A DNA stretch of 63,621 nucleotides, the filler included. It is 6 parts of 6 records of this genome, joined end to end, with 100 filler letters (N's around TTAATTAATTAA, not from the genome) between each part and the next. Parts side by side here need not be neighbours in the genome. Positions count along the whole stretch, not along the records: positions 29,330 to 51,500 come from DRR378314_1290; 5 more parts are not named here. One strand, written 5' to 3'. Positions 32,599 to 41,261 of this stretch are shown here, piece after piece. The stretch's first letter is position 1; each line of letters starts with the position of its first letter. Under the pieces are notes generated by a model. That model saw only the letters and a program-made list of their open reading frames with translations. It did no database searches and was not told where the DNA came from. The position numbers were made by a program, and so were the translations under genes.

Positions 32599-34848
32599 AT
32601 GAAAATTCCATATCAAAAAATTGTAATTGCATGGTTTGTTTTGGCGCTAACCATGGCTTGTAGCTCCAATGACAACGGGACCGACCCAATGACCGATGAT
32701 GATTTCTCACAGACAGATGACGATCCTACACCTACAGACGATGACCCTGGCAACGGTGAAGGCTATGAAATGGCGGATGTTCAAGTGTTGTTGCCCGAAA
32801 ATGCGGATGTAGATCTTACCAATGCCACATTGGCATCAATGGGTGCCGATTCCGATGTAGATGCCAGTGGGATGGGGAAATTGCCGTTGAACAGTGGTTC
32901 CGTTGAATCGGGATATCTGCTGGATGCGGACAACCACGTTTTACTTGCAGGTTTTATTTCGGAAGACAGGAAGGAAGTCTCCGTCGAGACCACTGCCGAA
33001 CTGATGGTATACTATGCACTGGGTTATCACTTATTGCCCGAGAGTGGAAAAAGTGCTTTTTTGAAAAGTATAGGGCAAGTTCCTGGATTCCCAAATTTTG
33101 TGGGAGAAATTCGAACATTGTTCAAGAACAACCCCCTTATGTACAGCGAAGGGGGTTATGAAGCGTCATTGCAGGCTTTCTTGAATCAAATAACGGCAAA
33201 ACATTCGGGGGGGCTCGAAAACCGGATTTTTTTCAATGATGAAAATACCAAAAGCGGAGTGACATTATCAAGTGTCGATTCCACTAGGATAAAGTTGCAA
33301 AATTCCCTGGCAAGAAGGTCCAGGGTCGTCATTTACAAGAAGAGCTACAAGAATAGAAGCGGAGATCTTTTTGAGATACCAAATTATACCTCAAGTACCT
33401 TTGCCAATTTTAAATTGGAGTCTGGCGGCTCCAACGCCATACAGGAACTGGAAGTGGGGAACTCGCTCCAACAGATAAATGCGCAACAGGCATCCATAGA
33501 CAATGCGATAGCAACAGATCCCATCCTTTTGCCGGTAGACCCAGACACTGAATTGGTGGCCGAATATGAAGTGGTCGTCATCGGTTCTGGTCAACGCAAC
33601 ATCGAAGTTAGGGACATGACCGCCGAAGAACTGGAAATCTATACCGAAATCAATAAGGAGACCTATGTCATCGATTATTTTTTGCCCACCTTGCTTGATG
33701 TGGGCGGCAACAAATCATTGCTGCCACCATTTGGAAGTGACAAGGAAAATGCGCTTTACAATGCGGTACTTCCTGTTCTTGAACAATATCCCGATGTGAT
33801 TGATGCGGTGGTGGAGAACGAGTTCAAGGAAGCCACTGAAATCTTTCTTCCCGCTCTGTATGAAGATGTCCGTTTGAGCAATGACCTAAGGGCCCTATTA
33901 ACGGATGTGTACGCCATATTGTCCGGCAACGGAGACTTTCCGAATACGTTCATACAGACCCAAGAGTTGATCGAAACAGGTTATGAAAGAACAAAGTACA
34001 TTTTGGCCACAATCGATAAAAATATCAAGGCAACCAATTATTACGCCAATTTCAACGGTCTACGTACGACAGCCTTCAATTTTGAACGTTGGGAGGTCAA
34101 GTCCATCGATGCCGTGGTGGAGCTGCAACAGGACAACGTTTCGCTCTGTCTGGGCGAGGCAACGGAACTGCGTGCAAGCGCAATTACCGATTATGACCCG
34201 GAAGTGGAGGACTTTGAATTCCATTGGAGCACTTCGAACGATTTTGGGGGAAGGGTCCAGGACATTGGCGGCGACCCCAACAATTTTGGAGCCTCCATTG
34301 TCACGACCAATAATTTTGTGTCCTATATCAGTACCGCACTTGATTCAGAATTGGGCGGAGGGGACAATCTGGAGACCGTCACCGTGATATTGTATTTCCG
34401 AAACAAGAATACGGACGAACTCACCGAGGCCGGGCGGGACACTATGACCGTGAACAACAAAAAGGGTTGTGAGTCCTTTACGGCATCTTTCGTAAGACAG
34501 CCCAATTTCAGGGAAATCTCAAGCTCGAGTCTACTTTGTTCGGGTGGTCCAGAGTACCAGGCATTTAGCCCCATACCATACGCTGCTGATTTTCCCGCGG
34601 TGGAGAATGCGGTCGGCTATAGGGTCATCATTACCGCGAGCAATGGTGCGGTAAACCCGGAACGGGTTCTGGACCAGAACCAACTAGAGGATATTGGAAA
34701 TGGGATGTTGCGTTATCATTCAGGTGTTGGCAGTATCGTGATTTTTAATAGTTGCAATGCAGGTGAGGCCGAGGCCTATGCACAGCAGTTGGTCGACAAT
34801 ATCAATGTGGAACCCTCTACCATGGAAATCACACCCATTTTTAATTAG
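32599..34848 (+). CDS. Large hypothetical lipoprotein (749 aa)
   Basis: Lipobox TMAC followed by an acidic D/T/P linker. Confidence 0.85.
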   Translation: MKIPYQKIVIAWFVLALTMACSSNDNGTDPMTDDDFSQTDDDPTPTDDDPGNGEGYEMADVQVLLPENADVDLTNATLASMGADSDVDASGMGKLPLNSGSVESGYLLDADNHVLLAGFISEDRKEVSVETTAELMVYYALGYHLLPESGKSAFLKSIGQVPGFPNFVGEIRTLFKNNPLMYSEGGYEASLQAFLNQITAKHSGGLENRIFFNDENTKSGVTLSSVDSTRIKLQNSLARRSRVVIYKKSYKNRSGDLFEIPNYTSSTFANFKLESGGSNAIQELEVGNSLQQINAQQASIDNAIATDPILLPVDPDTELVAEYEVVVIGSGQRNIEVRDMTAEELEIYTEINKETYVIDYFLPTLLDVGGNKSLLPPFGSDKENALYNAVLPVLEQYPDVIDAVVENEFKEATEIFLPALYEDVRLSNDLRALLTDVYAILSGNGDFPNTFIQTQELIETGYERTKYILATIDKNIKATNYYANFNGLRTTAFNFERWEVKSIDAVVELQQDNVSLCLGEATELRASAITDYDPEVEDFEFHWSTSNDFGGRVQDIGGDPNNFGASIVTTNNFVSYISTALDSELGGGDNLETVTVILYFRNKNTDELTEAGRDTMTVNNKKGCESFTASFVRQPNFREISSSSLLCSGGPEYQAFSPIPYAADFPAVENAVGYRVIITASNGAVNPERVLDQNQLEDIGNGMLRYHSGVGSIVIFNSCNAGEAEAYAQQLVDNINVEPSTMEITPIFN

Positions 34849-34940
34849 AACTTGTACTTTGTCGATGAAACCGTGCACCGGACTTTTAAATTACCCAAAA
34901 AGATGAATTTTTGTAAATTCCCCATACTTTCAATTGAAGT

Positions 34941-35507
34941 ATGGGGAAAACCTTGCAGACAACAAATAACCCACAGGTCACCGCATTCAAAAAAAATGAC
35001 AGGCAGGCCATGCAAGAGGTATATGAACATACGTTTCCAAAATTTAGGAGCCACGTCTTCAGGAACAGTGGGGATGAAGCGGAGGCGAAGGATGTTTTTC
35101 AAGACGCCTTTGTTGCTTGCTGGAGAAATATCAAGGATGACAAGTTTGACGGCGCAGGAAGTGTTGAAGGCTACCTGTACACCATAGCTAGGAACAAATG
35201 GACCGATCACTTGCGTTCCGCTCGGTTCAGAAAAACCGTGGGATCGGAGGGCCTTTCCAAAGTGGTGCAAGAAGTGGGCGATGATTCCGGTGGGGAGCTG
35301 GACGATAAAAGGGAAACCATGCTTAAGGCATTGGATCAACTGGGAGATGCCTGTCAACGGCTTTTGGGTCTTTTTTATTACGAGAGAAAGACAATGAAGC
35401 AGGTGGCCAAGGACCTTGGCATTGCGGCCACATCTGCCAGAAATAAAAAATATAGGTGCATGGAACGTTTGCGTTCGCTTGCGGAACATATAACAAGAAA
35501 TGGATAG
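34941..35507 (+). CDS. ECF sigma-70 family RNA polymerase sigma factor
   Basis: Region 2 EAKDVFQDAF...YLYTIARNKW; region 4 LGDACQRLL...MKQVAKDLG...ARNKKYRC. Confidence 0.93.
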   Translation: MGKTLQTTNNPQVTAFKKNDRQAMQEVYEHTFPKFRSHVFRNSGDEAEAKDVFQDAFVACWRNIKDDKFDGAGSVEGYLYTIARNKWTDHLRSARFRKTVGSEGLSKVVQEVGDDSGGELDDKRETMLKALDQLGDACQRLLGLFYYERKTMKQVAKDLGIAATSARNKKYRCMERLRSLAEHITRNG

Positions 35508-36237
35508 GGAAGAAGCATATTGGACAAGGGAGGAGCAAGAGCTGTTCGAAAGTTGTCTTTTGGACCAGATGACACCTGCGGAAAAAGCCGGTTTTGAGTC
35601 AAGGATGGCCTCGGACCCGACGCTCAAGGCCAAGTTTTTGGAATTTAAGGCCCTTTTCGGAGCTATTGAAGAGGCTGGACTCCGCCTTGCCATGGACCAT
35701 TTTCACGAGGGAGTTCAAGACGATGCAAAAGAAAGGCGACTTTCCACTGCCTCTAGAACGGTATATCGCATGGCAGCAGCAATAGCTGTGTTGATGACCT
35801 TGGGGGGCATATGGTATTTTTATTATCCCAATGCCAATGAAAGGCTCTTTGCTGCATATTACACCCCCGACCCGGGACTGCCAACGGTCATGGGCAACAG
35901 TGACAACTATATGTTTTACGAAGCCATGGTGGACTATAAACAAGAGGATTATGGTACCGCCCTTCAAAAGTGGAAAGGCCTATTGCCGGGGAAAATGGAC
36001 AATGACACGCTCAATTATTTTATGGGATCGGCCCATTTGGCCAAGGGTGAGGCCGATAAGGCCATCAGGTTTTTTGACCGTGTGCTGGTGCACGACAGCA
36101 CCCCCTTTCGGAGCGAGGCGGCTTTTTACAAAGGCCTGGCCCACCTTAAAATGAACGAGGTGCGGGAGGCGCTCAAAAGTCTGGAGCATACCTCGGATGA
36201 CAGGGCAAGGGAATTGGCACAAAAACTCAAGGACTGA
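35500..36237 (+). CDS. Anti-sigma-like single-pass membrane protein with C-terminal TPR
   Basis: Overlaps the sigma stop; N-terminal LLDQMTPAEKAGFESRMASDP helix bundle, TM AAAIAVLMTLGGIWYF, TPR helices (YFMGSAHL, FYKGLAHL). Confidence 0.82.
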   Translation: MDREEAYWTREEQELFESCLLDQMTPAEKAGFESRMASDPTLKAKFLEFKALFGAIEEAGLRLAMDHFHEGVQDDAKERRLSTASRTVYRMAAAIAVLMTLGGIWYFYYPNANERLFAAYYTPDPGLPTVMGNSDNYMFYEAMVDYKQEDYGTALQKWKGLLPGKMDNDTLNYFMGSAHLAKGEADKAIRFFDRVLVHDSTPFRSEAAFYKGLAHLKMNEVREALKSLEHTSDDRARELAQKLKD

Positions 36238-36243
36238 TCTGGC

Positions 36244-39200
36244 ATGGGCAAAGGGTGGGTATATATATTTTTTGGGCTTGCCCTTTTCTTGCAGACGGGC
36301 CTATATGCGCAACATAGGCATCCGGTGCTGAAACAGCTGGACAGCCTTATCTCAGTGGATGGGTTTGATGCTGCACAGCATATCATTGGAGAGGTCATTT
36401 CGGGGGAAACAACATACCCGTTCCTCAATGAGGGCCGATTGGTCTATCCCCTTGCCAAGTCGGAATTTCTATTGGACCCGGAGACGGAATTCCCAAAGGC
36501 GCAGGAACTGTTGAAAATGATCCGATCGAACCATAAGGCGGATTCCACGGCATATGAGGCACTCTTGGGACTGGGGCTGGCGCATATCGATCAAGGGAGC
36601 GCGGTTCAGGCCAAAGCGTACATCACCCAAGCCAATCGATTGGCCGTTGGCCTTGAGGATGCACAAAGAATGGTGGCCTCGGAATTTCATCTGAGCGAGG
36701 TGGGCTTGAAACTTGGGGACATGAACCAATTGATGGAACGGACCAACAGGGCCCTGCAGTTGATGGGGGAACATCCAGGAACACAGTTCCCTTTGGCACC
36801 CAGGATATTGAATTACAAGGGATCGCTGATGTACTTTACGGCGAAGCCCGACAGTGCCGACTATTATTTTGAAAAGGCCATCCAGAGCATTGACACTTTG
36901 AACACCGATCCGGAACAGCGGTATTACCTGCCCGGTACCATTTATGGTAACTGGACCATGCTCAAACAGAGCGAGAATGATTTGGAGAAAGCGATGGCAC
37001 TTACCTTAAAGAGCATTGCAAATTTCAATGCATTCCTGAAAGGAACCCATAACCATCCCTTGACGGAAAAGGTACGCTTCAACCTGTCGATCTCCTATCG
37101 AAATTTGGGCAGTCTGTACAATGATTTCGGCGATAAGGAAAAGGCCATCCAAGTGGCCACTTTGGGCTATCACCATGCCAAAAAGCACTTTCTTCCCAAC
37201 ACGGTACAATATTTCAGTGCCGTATTGATGATGGGGGAGGCACACCTCTATGGGGAAGAACAGCAAAAGGCTCGAAAGTACCTCCAAGAGGCCGAGGCAT
37301 CATTGCAGGAGATACCGGGGGACAACTGGGCCTATGCCGCCAACCTGTATTACACCTTGGCGGATCTTGATAAAAGAACGGGGGATCTCCCAAGTGCCAT
37401 TGCGCACTACGAAAGAACATTGGAGGCCTACGGCAACAGCAATTCCGAGGAGTTTAGCCAGAACAGTATCTATGCGAGGGCGAATTTGGCCCAAAGCCTT
37501 GCCGAGAACGGACAGTTTGGCAAAGCGCAGGACCTTTTGGAAGAGACATATGCCAAGGTGCTCGCCAGCTATGGACAGTGGAGCCATCTGTCCAAAATGT
37601 TACAGCTTACCAAGGTGAGGATGTTCTTTTTAAAGGGTGATTTCGAACAAGCCATCCAGCTCTGTGAGGGTTTGTTGGAGGCCCGTGGCGATCAGGACCT
37701 GCAGAACAGGCCCTATCTATGGGGTGAACGGACCGAAATTCTGTTATATCTGGCCAAGTCGAAATTGGGATTGGGTCCCCATTCCCAAAACCAGCTTGAG
37801 GCAGTGGGGAAAATCCTTGATCGGGCCATATCTCTGGTGGAAAAGCGCAAATCCCTGGTCACCTCCCAGGAAGGGGTGGCCAATTTGATCGAAAGCAGTC
37901 GAGAAACCTTCGATCTGGGTAAAAAGGTCTATCTGAAGCTATATGACCAAACCGGGGACAAGGCCCATCTTGAAAAGGTCATGGCCCTTCATGAGTCCTC
38001 GATCTACAACCGTATAAGGGCGCGCTTGAACCTAAGGGGGAATGAAATGATCCCAAAAGAAGTTCGGGAACGGGAAGGTCGGTTGCGAGAGGAAATAAAT
38101 ACTTTTTTTGATGTTGGAGATGACGAAACACAGTTCAATGTGGCCATCTGGGATTCCCTCAACAGGGCATGGCAGGACCATATGCGTTTCCTTCAAAAGG
38201 AGCATCCGAAGTACTATGGGATGCGGTACGCTTCCATAGTGGAACCCTTGCGGGACTTGGAGAGGCAAGTTCCGCCGAACACCACACTGGTGCGTTACTT
38301 CTCGGATGGTGATGATCATTATGCCTACGTTTACCATGGGGGGGAGGCCGAGTTGATGGCATTGGGGCAATACGACGCAGCTTGTATATCCACCATTTCG
38401 GACTACGGGGCTGTCGGGGAAGAGCTTTTTGATTGCCTTTATGAGCTCTACCAAAGATTGTGGAGGCCTTTGGAAGGTCTTGTCCAGACAGAACAGGTCA
38501 TCATCTTTCCCGATGGGGAGCTCTTCAACCTGGCCTTTGAACTGCTCACTCCAAAAAGGATACAATCCCATAGGGAATTGGCAACAAGCAGTTTGCTGGC
38601 CAAACATATCCTTTCGTACAACTACAGTCTGTTCATGCTGGGCGAAAACAAGAAGGTCGTGGGGTACAAGGACGACTTCATTGCCTTTGCCCCTGAGTTT
38701 GACCAAGAAATGAAGACCCGGTATCAAATGTCGATTGCCGATTCGTTGTTTTTGGACAAAACCTATCTGACCCTTTTGCCGCAACCGTTCAGCACCGCAT
38801 TAGTGAAAAAATTCAGCCGGAGATTTGACGGAAGTTCATTTTTGAACGAAAGGGCCTCCAAACCCTTGTTTATCCAAAATGCCAATGAACACAAGATCAT
38901 TCATATTGGGACCCATGCCGAATCCAATAATGTGAGTCCCGAACTTTCACGCCTGGTATTCGCCAAGAATGTCTCAAACCCTTCGGATATCAACGACAAT
39001 TACCTATACACCTATGAAATCTACAACCAAGATCTCGGGTCCAATTTGGCCATACTGACGGCCTGTGAGACAGGAAAGCCGACCTACCAGCCTGGGGAGG
39101 GGATGATATCATTGGCACATGCGTTTAACTATGCGGGCAGTGAAAGTGTGCTGACCAGCCTTTGGCAAATCGATGAAGAATCGAGCAGCCAATTGTTGGA

Positions 39201-39474
39201 AAGCTTTTACGGCCACTTGATGGAGGGCAGACGCAAGGATGAGGCCCTTCGCTTGGCCAAACTGGAGTATCTGGCTCATGCGGAAGGTCGTACCCTGCAT
39301 CCACAATATTGGGCGGGACTGGTCTTGATGGGGGACACCTCACCCATACACTTTACCCAAGATAAACTTTGGCCTTTTGGAATCTTAGTTGGGTCATTGC
39401 TATTTATTTTGTTGGTTTTTTTTCTGGTAAAAAAGAAAAGCTCCCCAAAGGGAGCTGATCCAAACAAGAGCTAA
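36244..39474 (+). CDS. TPR-CHAT (caspase-like) protease with signal peptide and C-terminal membrane anchor
   Basis: Signal peptide ending LYA-Q; TPRs; CHAT motifs IIFPDGEL..LAFELL, IIHIGTHA (His), LTACETG (Cys), SLWQIDE, HPQYWAG; TM GILVGSLLFILLVFFLV-KKK. Confidence 0.92.
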   Translation: MGKGWVYIFFGLALFLQTGLYAQHRHPVLKQLDSLISVDGFDAAQHIIGEVISGETTYPFLNEGRLVYPLAKSEFLLDPETEFPKAQELLKMIRSNHKADSTAYEALLGLGLAHIDQGSAVQAKAYITQANRLAVGLEDAQRMVASEFHLSEVGLKLGDMNQLMERTNRALQLMGEHPGTQFPLAPRILNYKGSLMYFTAKPDSADYYFEKAIQSIDTLNTDPEQRYYLPGTIYGNWTMLKQSENDLEKAMALTLKSIANFNAFLKGTHNHPLTEKVRFNLSISYRNLGSLYNDFGDKEKAIQVATLGYHHAKKHFLPNTVQYFSAVLMMGEAHLYGEEQQKARKYLQEAEASLQEIPGDNWAYAANLYYTLADLDKRTGDLPSAIAHYERTLEAYGNSNSEEFSQNSIYARANLAQSLAENGQFGKAQDLLEETYAKVLASYGQWSHLSKMLQLTKVRMFFLKGDFEQAIQLCEGLLEARGDQDLQNRPYLWGERTEILLYLAKSKLGLGPHSQNQLEAVGKILDRAISLVEKRKSLVTSQEGVANLIESSRETFDLGKKVYLKLYDQTGDKAHLEKVMALHESSIYNRIRARLNLRGNEMIPKEVREREGRLREEINTFFDVGDDETQFNVAIWDSLNRAWQDHMRFLQKEHPKYYGMRYASIVEPLRDLERQVPPNTTLVRYFSDGDDHYAYVYHGGEAELMALGQYDAACISTISDYGAVGEELFDCLYELYQRLWRPLEGLVQTEQVIIFPDGELFNLAFELLTPKRIQSHRELATSSLLAKHILSYNYSLFMLGENKKVVGYKDDFIAFAPEFDQEMKTRYQMSIADSLFLDKTYLTLLPQPFSTALVKKFSRRFDGSSFLNERASKPLFIQNANEHKIIHIGTHAESNNVSPELSRLVFAKNVSNPSDINDNYLYTYEIYNQDLGSNLAILTACETGKPTYQPGEGMISLAHAFNYAGSESVLTSLWQIDEESSSQLLESFYGHLMEGRRKDEALRLAKLEYLAHAEGRTLHPQYWAGLVLMGDTSPIHFTQDKLWPFGILVGSLLFILLVFFLVKKKSSPKGADPNKS

Positions 39475-39495
39475 TTAATATTGCTGAAAACTATT

Positions 39496-40266
39496 TTATC
39501 CCTGGTTGTTGGGGACATTGGGATTGTTGTCGTCGGGATCCTCGTTGGCGGGGACTCCGTCATTGTCATTGTCCACAAAAGTGCCGTCCCTCCCCACGAA
39601 GAGCTGGAAATTTATGGGCAGGAAAGTGTCCATGACCTGATCATTGTACTCATTGCTCGGGGCCGACGTGACCGAAATGGCAGAAAATGTGCCGCCGGCA
39701 AGATAGGTGGACCTTACCCAGACCTGGGCGGTTATGCCATTGAAACGGAGCAAGCGGGCCTCGAATTGGGAGGGTATCCCCTCGAAGGAGTTGTTGGCCG
39801 AGCTGATGCACAATACATCGGGGGTGCCATTGAAACCGTAGTGGGCGAACACCCCATTGATCTCATTGGCTATGATGGACCTGGCGGCGACCTGTCCTTG
39901 GAGTTGTGTGTTCGGAATCCATCGAAATACTACGGCATTGTCGTTGCGCACGAGATTGACACCAAGTGTCCCAGTCTGAGCATCGGTCAACTCAAAGGCA
40001 GAAAACCCTTGGGGATAGACAAATCCGATAAGGGGGTGCTGACTATGGACAAACTGTCCGCCCGGATTGTTCACTGTTGGCACTTGGGACAAGGGGGCCG
40101 GAATGGAATTGGCAAACTCCCAATAGATGCCGGTGAGCCCGGGGGCATTTTCACAAAGGCCCTGAGGCTCGGCATTGGCCAGGCCATTGTTGGAATCTGA
40201 ATCTGAACTGCAGCCAAATAGGCATAGGGCAATCGTTGAGAGGAATAGGGTTGGAATACGTTTCAT
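39496..40266 (-). CDS. Hypothetical lipoprotein with C-terminal Asp-rich (TSP3-like) motif
   Basis: MKRIPTLFLSTIALCLFG-C lipobox; DNDNDGVPANEDPDDNNP. Confidence 0.85.
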   Translation of the reverse strand: MKRIPTLFLSTIALCLFGCSSDSDSNNGLANAEPQGLCENAPGLTGIYWEFANSIPAPLSQVPTVNNPGGQFVHSQHPLIGFVYPQGFSAFELTDAQTGTLGVNLVRNDNAVVFRWIPNTQLQGQVAARSIIANEINGVFAHYGFNGTPDVLCISSANNSFEGIPSQFEARLLRFNGITAQVWVRSTYLAGGTFSAISVTSAPSNEYNDQVMDTFLPINFQLFVGRDGTFVDNDNDGVPANEDPDDNNPNVPNNQG

Positions 40267-40286
40267 GATATGTTTCTTTTTCCTAG

Positions 40287-40313
40287 TATCGAGGAAAAGG
40301 GGAAATGTCATCA
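40287..40313 (-). promoter_or_regulatory. Putative ECF-sigma promoter, copy 3
   Basis: Minus strand TGATGACA-TTTCCCCTTTTCCT-CGATA (14-nt spacer), 20 nt before ATG 40266. Confidence 0.72.
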
Positions 40314-40577
40314 GGATAGCTTTGGAAAAGAAGAAATGGGGCGGGATGATGGATTTTATGCTCACCGAATAGGTCACCTAATTGTTGGGAATAGGATTGT
40401 TGAACAGTTATTAATTTCATAAGTCATGTTAAGCATAAGTATTACTATGTTCAGCATAGATTTAATTGTTCAATTAATCTGTTCAATAGTCAGCTTTGGT
40501 TGGAGGTACGATTATACCGTAAATTGCCTCTGGTCAATAGTTCAAATAGGGATCTAGAAAGATAAGTATACCATATA

Positions 40578-40737
40578 TTACTGTTTTAGCAGTAATTTTT
40601 AATTTTTGTACTAGTTTAACTAGAGAGCTTGGTAATAACAATCAAAATTACTGTTATAGCGGTAAAATTAATAATATTAATTACTTTTTAAACCTATTTG
40701 ATAAATAAAACACTTATATTTACCGTTAAAACGGTAA
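40578..40737. promoter_or_regulatory. Three 18-bp palindromic operators upstream of hipB
   Basis: TTACTG-TTTTAG-CAGTAA (40578-40595), TTACTG-TTATAG-CGGTAA (40648-40665), TTACCG-TTAAAA-CGGTAA (40720-40737). Confidence 0.8.
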
Positions 40738-40740
40738 TAT

Positions 40741-40950
40741 ATGGTTGATTTAGGTTTACTGGTCAAAAAGCATCGCAAGAAAGCGGGGCTGACACAGCTT
40801 GAACTGGCCAATTTGGCCGGTATAGGTAAGACAACCGTCTTTGATATCGAAAAAAACAAGGAGACTGTTCGTTGGAGCAACATCCTTGCCGTGCTCCAGG
40901 TATTGAACATAGAAGTGGAATTTAAAAGCCCATTGACTGAAAACGGATGA
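40741..40950 (+). CDS. hipB: HipB-like XRE HTH antitoxin/regulator
   Basis: RKKAGLTQLELANLAGIGKTTVFDIEKNK; first gene of an overlapping triad. Confidence 0.88.
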   Translation: MVDLGLLVKKHRKKAGLTQLELANLAGIGKTTVFDIEKNKETVRWSNILAVLQVLNIEVEFKSPLTENG

Positions 40951-41261
40951 GAAAGGCAGTAGTATATGCCCATGGAAAAAGGGCGGGTATTTTAACGGAA
41001 ATCTCTCCTCGGGAGTATATGTTTACATATGATGATGATTACAGTGGTCAGGCGATTTCATTGACCATGCCCGTTGATCAAAAGGAATTCAGTTTCAATG
41101 GGTTCCCTCCCTTTTTTGAAGGATTGTTGCCTGAAGGTATCATGTTGGAAGGACTACTTAGGATTTCCAAAATTGACCACAATGATTATTTCTCCCAATT
41201 AATGGCCACCGGTGCTGATTTGGTAGGCGCAGTAACTGTAAAACCTATGGAAGATGAATAG
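40947..41261 (+). CDS. hipS: HipA N-terminal domain protein (HipS-like antitoxin)
   Basis: AGILTE..YMFTYD..ISLTMP..PPFFEGLLPEG..GADLVGAV. Confidence 0.88.
   Translation: MRKAVVYAHGKRAGILTEISPREYMFTYDDDYSGQAISLTMPVDQKEFSFNGFPPFFEGLLPEGIMLEGLLRISKIDHNDYFSQLMATGADLVGAVTVKPMEDE

Noticed and set aside
39481-40200. 239-aa plus-strand ORF after the CHAT gene
   Set aside because: Antisense to a lipoprotein gene that has a lipobox and the shared promoter motif
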